Shown here one piece after another: positions 55,484-64,000 of a stretch of DNA of 64,000 bases. Numbering within the stretch: position 1 is the first letter of the stretch; every line of letters starts with the position of its first letter. The notes below the pieces were generated by a model. It worked only from the letters and a program-made list of their open reading frames with translations, had not been told where the DNA came from and searched no databases. Source of the stretch: Octopus vulgaris (taxonomy: Eukaryota); assembly GCA_951406725.2 (NCBI GenBank), contig OX597822.1, positions 8,742,001 to 8,806,000 on the forward strand. Direction: 5' to 3'. The position numbers were made by a program, and so were the translations under genes.

Positions 55484-56108
55484 AAAGCTGAAGTTACATT
55501 TCCAATTTACTATGCAAGTTCAAGAACCATCAAGTTTGCAGATTCAGCATTAATCTACGGTTTACCATAAACTTGCAGGATGAATGATCGACTCTTATCC
55601 TCTAGTCAACTTCGTATTCTTTATCATGATTGTAAGTTTTCCGTATTCATTATATGTGAGTATGGTCGTCTATGTACAGAGAATTTCTTTTAATTTCCTC
55701 TCCTTTTAACCTTTATGTCCAGCTCCTTATATCATTTTGAATTTCAAAGACTTGTTGTTACCTGACTAATATACTTCTTCCATTCATTTTCCTTTCTCTC
55801 ATTACTCCTGTATAATTCATCTGGTACTCTCAAAAAGCTTCTCCCTTCTACGCATCCGTTACCCTCAGAAATTTGTTTGAGGAACTGAAGTTCACTTATA
55901 TCATAGATAGTTAACTATTTTACAACCACCTGCATTCAAAGCGTTCATGCACATTCAGCATGGTTGAAAATGCCTCGGGGATGGCTTTTACAGTGTAACT
56001 ACGCTTCATTTGACTGCCATCCACAGTTTTCGCTATATCCGTTGTAATCTGCAAAAACTTAAACCAGAGAAGTCTACAAATAACAAAACACGTGTTTTAG
56101 TGTGTATG

Positions 56109-56147
<39 letters not shown>

Positions 56148-56149
<2 letters not shown>

Positions 56150-56366
56150 TCTTTTACTCTTTTACTCTTTTACTTGTTTCAGTCATTTGACTGCGGCCAT
56201 GCTGGAGCACCGCCTTTAATCGAGCAACTCGACCCAGGGACTTATTCTTTTGTAAGCCCAGTACTTATTCTATCGGTCTCTTTTGCCGAACCGCTAAGTT
56301 ACGGGGACATAAACACACCAGCATCGGTTGTCAAACAATGCTAGTGGGACAAACAGAGACATACAA

Positions 56367-56437
<71 letters not shown>

Positions 56438-56604
56438 TACGACGGGCTTCTTTCAGTTTCCGTCTACCAAATCCACCCACAAGGCTTTGGTCGGCCCGAA
56501 ACTATAGTAGAAGACACTTGCTCAAGGTGCCACGCAGTGGGACTGAACCCGGAACCATGTCGTTAGTAAGCAAGCTACTTACCACACAGCCACTCCTGCG
56601 CCTA
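56148..56604 (-). mobile_element. SINE family A, full length
   Basis: Reverse complement of the family A sequence with (ctctttta)n tail. Confidence 0.92.
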
Positions 56605-57483
56605 TAGTCGTGTAATTATTTTACTCAATCTCGGGAGCCACAATCAAAGTGTTATTTTATATATCAATACAGTAAAGGCAATTGAATAATACACAAGACT
56701 TTGGTCGGCACGGAGCTGTAATGAAAAGTTCCCAACGTGCCGAATAGTGGAACTGAACCCAACGTTGGAAAGCAAGCATCTCAACCACACAGCCACGCCT
56801 ATAAAGGAGAGGTACATTTTGGATAATATACTCCTTGATACAGTATGCTTAACAAAAAGAAGGGATGTTTACGTCGAGAAGATCTTTGATTTTAAAATTT
56901 ACCCGAGCAACGCAACAACTAACAATGCGGCACGTTGTGAAATTGCGAAATTCTCTTTCATTATAGCTCCGTGCCGACCAAAGCCTTGTGTATTATATAA
57001 TTGCCATTACTATATTGATATATAAAATAACGATCTATTTCAATGAAATTAAGCAAAATTTAAAAAGTGACAGAATTTTATAACTAAACCAAATGGTTTT
57101 ATAGATCTTACGTCTAACTTTTCTTAAAATTTTTCAACAGTATTTCTGCATAGTTCAAATCTCTCCTTAACCTTGTGAAACACATGTTGAAGCATTTCAG
57201 GAGTTAGCTCCTGCACTTCTAACTGAATGCGTTCTTTAAGCTCACCTAAACGATTGTTCCACCTTTGGGATGGAGACAAAGAAAGTGATTGCTGCCAAAA
57301 TTGAAAAATAAAAAGCTGTTATGGACAAATAAGCGGGGTCCAACAGGAATGAAAATAAAATTATGAACAATATTCAAAATTTATACACTTTTAACACATG
57401 TAAAATATGATAAACATAAATAAGAGTTTTAAAGAAAATGCACCCGATTTCACACAAATCATCATTAATTCTGGGACACCCTG

Positions 57484-58212
57484 TATTTACTCGTCCGACT
57501 AAACGAGGGAGGGAACACAGGGTGATACTAATTGCAGGCGGTGAGCGTAGCTTCTGGAAGTTGTCACGCTGTTGAGTGCAAATGATTGTGGCTACCAATA
57601 GCTGTGCGTTTTTTGTAAGAACATTTTGCATTATAGAGTTCAGATATGGATGACATAGAAAGCAGACATGCTGCCGGATCATGCCGCATTGCGCCGGATT
57701 GGAAATATGAAACACCAACAAGGCACTTCTGGGGATTGGATGAATGGGTTTGTTGTGCCTTCACAATCTGCGAAATTGGACAAAAAGGTTTCCATGAAAT
57801 ATTATACGCTACCTATAATGCATAATGTCAATATATTATTGTCGGAAAATGGTCTAAACAAAGGTAAAACCCAGTGCAGTATATTTAAATCTGCTTTATC
57901 TGCATTTGTTGGGGGAGCATAATCGGCGTCGGAAAATCTTTTTAGTTAACAGCAATTCGAAGAGCCCGAGGAATGTTATTGCAAACTTGGTTGAAAGCGA
58001 CTGGATACTTTTTAAGTGTCGGGCATTAACGCTGCAAAAATGCTTTTAATATGCGATTTATCTACCCCTGGGCCGGCATTAGGCAAGACGTTGAAAATTT
58101 CTTTGGCCCATGACAATTCATGGACCTTATGTTTAAAATTTCATTAAAATCGGTTGGGTGGATCTCGAGTTTTAACATGACATACACACAGACAGACACA
58201 TCCAGTGTTTAA
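57484..58212. mobile_element. Possible non-autonomous Helentron/DINE-like element
   Basis: End reads aaatttcattaaaatcggttgggtggatctcgagtt..cacacagacagacaca, resembling DINE/HINE subterminal sequence; boundaries unsure. Confidence 0.35.
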
Positions 58213-58239
58213 TATATATACATATATATATATATATTA

Positions 58240-59512
58240 CATTGGTAAGAAAGTTCTTGGACAACCAAGCCGCCTTCAATCCCGCAACTAATCAGTGTCG
58301 CCGACCAATCAAGAGCAGCCAGCGTGTCTCTTGTGACTATATAAAGACAGAATCACTGTATTTGCTCATCAGCATTTTAGCTTTCTGTAATGTATTTGCG
58401 AAATACATCACTTTTTTCACAAAATGGCTCAAACTATTGCTCTTCCAAAGATGGCGTTGCGTGGCGTCAAACTGTATCACTTCAAACATAGTACATCTCT
58501 GTATGACGCAGCTGAAGTAAATTGCGAGGCATTTGGCCCTTGCACTGTCTCGAAAAGTATCAGCGCTTTGAATGTGACAATTATTCAGTGGAAGATCAAA
58601 ATACGAGTCGGGCGCCCAGAAGTGATCGATGATGATGCATTGCTGCAAGTCATTGAAACCGGTCCAATGCAAACTGCACGTGAAATTGCGGTACAGTTTG
58701 GCATCTCCCATGTCTCGTTCATCAACCATCTGCATAGTTTCGGTAAGGTCAGCAAGCTTTGAAAATGGGTGCCACATGAATTGACTGAAATGGACAAACA
58801 ACTACGTGTCACAGCATGTCAAAATCTGATGTGGCGGAGCCGAAGATTCGGTTGGTTGGAGTCAGTAATCACTATGGAGGAAACGTGGGTACTGTACTCC
58901 AACATGAGGCGCAGACGATCCTGGCGTAGCAAAGGTCAACATCCAAAACCTTTGACAAAAGGATCACTGGTGCAAAAGAAGGTTATGATCTCAGTTTGAT
59001 GGGATTACCGTGGTGTGATCATGTTGGATCTTCCCCCACGCAATACCACCGTTGACAAGAATGTCTACTGCGAACAAATAGACCGTCTAAAGATCGTGCT
59101 AGCCTAAAACGCTCAAATTTGAAGAAGATAACGTTGCCCCAAGACAACTCCCCAGCACATCGTGCAAAGAAGACGTCAGAGAAGCTAAAGGAGGCGTGAT
59201 GGGAGTTTAAGCAGCACCCACCGTATTCCTCTGACCTTGTTCCTTCTGACTATTCTCTGCCTTGCAACGCACAGTTGGCGATACGATGTTCGAAAACGAA
59301 GAAGATGTGAAATCATTCCTTTACGAATTTATTCATTCAAATCCACGCGACTTCTGGATGAGAACATTCAAAACTTTGCCTGAAAGATGGCAAAATGTGA
59401 TCGACAACGAGAGCGATTACCGTTTGGATTGATTGTTCTTTGTTGTTTTACGAATTGTTCTACGGCGTTGCAAGGCAGAAAATAAGTGTCCAAGAGCTTT
59501 CTTACCAAACTG
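58240..59512 (+). mobile_element. Full-length but inactivated mariner transposon (~1.27 kb)
   Basis: TIRs ttggtaagaaag(t/c)tcttggaca at both ends in TA context; WVPHELT, ITMEETWVLY, KKVMISV*WD, HPPYSSDLVPSDY; stops and frameshifts. Confidence 0.93.
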
Positions 59513-59520
59513 ATATATAT

Positions 59521-59593
<73 letters not shown>

Positions 59594-59639
59594 ATGTATG
59601 TGTGTATGTATGTATGTATGTATGTATGTATGTATGTAT

Positions 59640-59840
59640 GCCGTGTGTACGGTTGGCGATTTTTTTCCTCCGTCTTCCCTTCTCAGGATCTTTCCTTTTC
59701 CTGTGTTTCTGACGAAGAGTTCCGCTCGAAACGTTAAGCCCTCCTTCTTCCCTTCCTTCCTGAGCGTCCAATAACACTATAGTTGTTCCACGTTCTCGCG
59801 TTGTTGTGTTTTCTCTTTGTGTTTTCATGTTTGGATTAAC

Positions 59841-59845
<5 letters not shown>
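59640..59845 (+). mobile_element. Probable Penelope-like pseudo-LTR fragment with a minimal hammerhead-like motif, between microsatellites
   Basis: CTGACGA-a-gag-ttccg-ctc-GAAACGTT at 59709-59735, followed by a pyrimidine-rich tail. Confidence 0.6.
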
Positions 59846-59882
<37 letters not shown>

Positions 59883-59912
59883 CCCATACATACATATATA
59901 TATACGCACACG

Positions 59913-59945
<33 letters not shown>

Positions 59946-60017
59946 TTATCCTATATTCTTTTGAGAATAAATGTTCGTCTCTACCTCTTCTTATTGACTG
60001 ACTGCAATTTATTCAAT

Positions 60018-60076
<59 letters not shown>

Positions 60077-60253
60077 GTATATGTATATATATATGTATGT
60101 GCATGTATATATATGTGTATATATATTTATATGTAATATATATCTATATATGTATATTTGTGTGTGTATATATATATATATATATATAAATATATATGTA
60201 TGTGTATATGTGTGTGTATATATATATATATATAAATATATATGTATGTGTAG

Positions 60254-60287
<34 letters not shown>

Positions 60288-61568
60288 ATGTGTGTGTGTA
60301 GATACATATATATATGTATATGTGTGTATATACGCACACAAACATAGCCAAACATAGTTTACATACAGACACACATAAAACGCACGCGCGCACGCAAACA
60401 CATACAAAACACACAAACATACACTATTTCCCAAGTGCCAGTAGGAGTTTATAGAGTAGTGGTAGAAAGAAAATACATATTTATTTATTTTTTAATTACT
60501 ATCAACAAAATGGTTCGAGGATATCACATTAAATATTAATGAAAACTTCGCATCTACTCTACTTTGTTGGGTGGTTTCATTAAAAGTAAGATAATAAAAT
60601 TCCGTTATTTAATTAATATTTACCATCTAATTTATATTAAGTTTCATGAACTCTTTCCTTTTAAATATTTTTCCATTCTGTTTTTTGTTCTCGATGTTGA
60701 TATTACTGCTATGCTTCTTGTTTGTTACTAGTGGCTGTTTTTAATTTATTCCCAAGCCTTTCTCTAGTACAGCAATGACTAAAACTATGCCAGCTGTGAC
60801 AATACAACAATATCCTCAGATAGAGTGCTTCTGTTAGTGAATCATCATAAAAAAATATATTTAGCAATTTGAGAGAGAGCATATTTGCACTCTTAAAGTC
60901 CTCTTTTATTTAATTTCATTCGATGAGTGATAAAGGACGTAAAGTATGTTCCTGTGAGACAATCACCCGCTTTGCAAATGTAGCCGAAACAATTCTCATA
61001 CATATACGCATGTATTTCCCCAATATGTTCTCCGGTTGAAGAGAGCAGAGTGAGAAATCTCTTCTGGAGAATTTTTAAGGTGAAGACTGAATAAATTTCA
61101 ATATTTTGCAGGCAAGTGCATCACGTGCTTTGTCTGTTCGGATTAGGACCCACAACATCAACGTGCCAACAGTGTAAACTGTCTCACACATTTGCCGGAT
61201 GACGACATCATCCTACACGATATCATTTCCAGGCCCAAGCATTAGCAACACGGTGCGTGTATTAAACTGCTGTTGCTACGTGGGACCAAACTGACAACCG
61301 CCCAGTCTACATGAAATTTCAGCACACCATTTCCGAAAGGTAATAGCAGCCAGCTTCTCTTCTTTGTGGTCGTGGCAAAAGCGCTTGTATAGTAGACAAG
61401 TCTAAAATGTTTGAAGGCATATTTCTTTTCATCTGACCAAATTCCAGTTGAATGTACCAGTTGAAGAAAAAGGGGAGAGTAAAAAGATGCTAATATGTTC
61501 AAACAAAGGTGATTAAGAATAGGGAGCCTGTCGTCAATGAGTGGGTTTTCTGACTCAGAAGAACATAA

Positions 61569-61985
61569 GGCGCAGGAGTGGCTGTGTGGAAAGTAGCTTG
61601 CTAACCAACCACATGGTTCCGGGTTCAGTCCCACTGCGTGGCACCTTGGGCAAGTGTCTTCTGCTATAGCCCCGGGCTGAACAATGCCTTGTGAGTGGAT
61701 TTGGTAGACGGAAACTGAAAGAAGCCCGTCGTATATATGTATAAATATATATGCGTGTGTGTGTTTGTGTGTCTGTGTTTGTCACACTAGCATTGCTTGA
61801 CAACCGATGCTGGTGTGTTTACGTCCCCGTCACCTAGCGGTTCGGCAAAAGAGACCGATAGAATAAGTACTGGGCTTACAAAGAATAAGTCCCGGGATCG
61901 AGTTTCTCGATTAAAGGCGGTGCTCCAGCATGGCCGCAGTCAAATGACTGAAACAAGTAAAAGAGTAAATGAGAGAGAGTAAAGA
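61569..61985 (+). mobile_element. SINE family A, full length
   Basis: ggcgcaggagtggctgtgtgg...gactgaaacaagtaaaagag. Confidence 0.92.
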
Positions 61986-62442
61986 CAAGGCACGCTTGAT
62001 ATGAGTGTTGAATCATTAAGTCTTTGCGGTGTCTTCGTTGCATTATCCAAGGTGACCTTTAAGGGTCTTATACGTTGTTATAAATTTGTATTTTGTTGAA
62101 TTATTTTTATTCACAGCAAAACCCATATGTTGTGTGCTTATATTTCCTCCGTGTAATGACCTGAATACTAGTCAGATGTGCCTCATAAAGGGTTTAATCA
62201 ACATTGTAATGATGAGGATCATGATGATGATGATGGTTATCTCATGTCAAAACTTCACATCTTTCAAATTCCGCCGAGGTCGACTTTGCTGTTCTTCTTT
62301 CAGGGTTCATATATTGAGTACCATGAAACACTGGGGTCGATGAAATCGAATAGTCCTCTCCCACAAAAATTTCAGGCCTTGTGCCAGTAGCAGAAAGGTT
62401 TGTTGTTGTTGTTATCATCACTATAATAATAATTATTATTAT

Positions 62443-62754
62443 TAAGTGATACAGAAATCATGCCATCACAATGACACTAGGATACGAAGCCCAATATACC
62501 TATCAAGACTACACGTTGTTTGATAAGGGTACACCAGCACTTGCGTCACAACCGTATGTGCGCGACATGTTGATGTTTTATCAAGATAAACAGTGCATGA
62601 TCGTGCAGGTGGGGTTCAGTTAGTATTTTCTTGTGGTTGAGTAGTCCATCCCACTCAAAAGATCCGTGAATAAGGTTTGTTTAAGAATGCTGAATAAAAC
62701 ACCTATATTTCCAGAGGTGAATTATTCAAAACCCCAAATAATTTCTCTCAATAC

Positions 62755-62757
<3 letters not shown>
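62443..62757 (-). mobile_element. 5'-truncated, diverged copy of repeat family D
   Basis: atacgaagcccaatatacc..atgtgcgcgacatg..atcaagataaacag..ccagaggtgaa as in 43505-43825. Confidence 0.8.
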
Positions 62758-62832
<75 letters not shown>

Positions 62833-62848
62833 GTCGTCGTCGTCGTCG

Positions 62849-62909
<61 letters not shown>

Positions 62910-62924
62910 ATGAAAACTCACATT

Positions 62925-64000
62925 TTTATTTGCTGGGTGTGATGGAAATTGTCAGTTGTCCACAGCCAGCAGACTAAGGTGACACTGTTTCAAGAACTCT
63001 TGAAGGTGACGCCTTCTGTTTCCCCATACTACGTCTTTGCTATTTGTAGGCCGTGGTTTCCACAGAGCTCCCAATGGATCATTCTTACCACATTGTCGTG
63101 GCGTCTTTTGAATTCGCGTTGTGCCAATTTCTGGCATTCACAAACGATGTGCCATACCATTTCACCCTTCACGCCACACATTCTGCATTTGTCGCTATCG
63201 GTAGTGTTGTCTATTCTGCTCTTCATATAGTTGGTCCGTAGCACTTGCTCTTGAGCTGCCCGTATGGGTGCTTCTGTCTCTATCTTCAGGTCACTCCTAC
63301 TCATCCATAGTCCTCTCTATTTGTCTTCGCGTTCACATTTCTTACAAACTGACCGTACATTTTCTTTTCTCTCTATGCTTTTCTTTTTTGCCTTTTTTAT
63401 TCATTTCTTGTTTAAATTGTTCTTTAGTTAAATAATTTTCAGTTTTGATGAGACTGGCCTTCTTCGTGTCTTTCAACAGTAGCTCCACAGTATTTTTATA
63501 TACCACACTAGAGTATTTTCCGTTGCTTCGATACATTCAAGTCACCTGGTTGAACCTCTTCTACTCTTCCTTCTGCACAAGTATAGCCTATCGGTGTCAC
63601 TCTAATAGAAGGCTCCATGTACTCCGTGTACTCTCAACATTATTCTGGTCTTGGTAACCATTTTCTTCATTTCTCTCTTTTGCAGTTTTATAATTCCCTC
63701 TCCATAACGAAGTGATGCTGTATGCCACGTATTAATTGCTTGAATTCCATTCTATCCAGTCGATTTCGAGCGCAGCACCAACATCAGCCTTCTGCAAAGT
63801 GGATAGACTCTTGGTGGAGATAAGAAGCTGTTTACTTCAGGCTGCAGTATTATGTTGTTCTTGCTTGCTCCATATCGTACCCCAGGAGAGTCGACTTTCA
63901 TCACCCTCTGGGACAAATTTTTCAGGTTTTTAATCATCATTGCTGATATTGCTTAATCCGTTTTTCAAACCTAGTTAGTTTTGCATTTCGTTTGCATGTA
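62925..64000 (-). mobile_element. R4/Dong-like LINE fragment, may run off the window end
   Basis: WMSRSDLKIETEAPIRAAQEQVLRTNYMK..DKCRMCGVKGEMVWHIVCECQKLAQREFKRRHDNV..IHWELC; QAINTWH..SLRYG. Confidence 0.85.

Noticed and set aside
61100-61555. Complex sequence with a 130-aa minus-strand ORF
   Set aside because: The ORF starts inside a SINE and has no recognisable domain.

Overview
AT-rich eukaryotic DNA, probably intronic or intergenic, with no recognisable host gene. The tRNA-derived SINE families and the very dense (TA)n/(TAA)n/(CATA)n microsatellites suggest a cephalopod (Octopus-like) genome; this is inference. The window holds many decayed mobile elements: R4/Dong-clade (RT + RLE) LINE fragments, an internally deleted Ty3/Gypsy element, RTE and Tx1-like LINE remnants, four Tc1/mariner relics and several SINE families. 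Most long 'ORFs' in the track are microsatellite artefacts. The standout is 28068-29564: three apparently identical 484-bp units, one inverted and two in tandem, inserted in a (TA)n tract. Each unit carries a complete type I hammerhead ribozyme with an unusually extended, G-U-rich stem II and a palindromic loop 3. This is a candidate young non-LTR retrozyme that would release a 484-nt, possibly circular, RNA. Three more hammerhead-like motifs sit in Penelope-like termini (10.4, 22.3 and 59.7 kb). A related fold-back element at 36.8-37.2 kb shares terminal motifs with the 484-bp unit. All coordinates and pairings were read by eye, and element boundaries are approximate.
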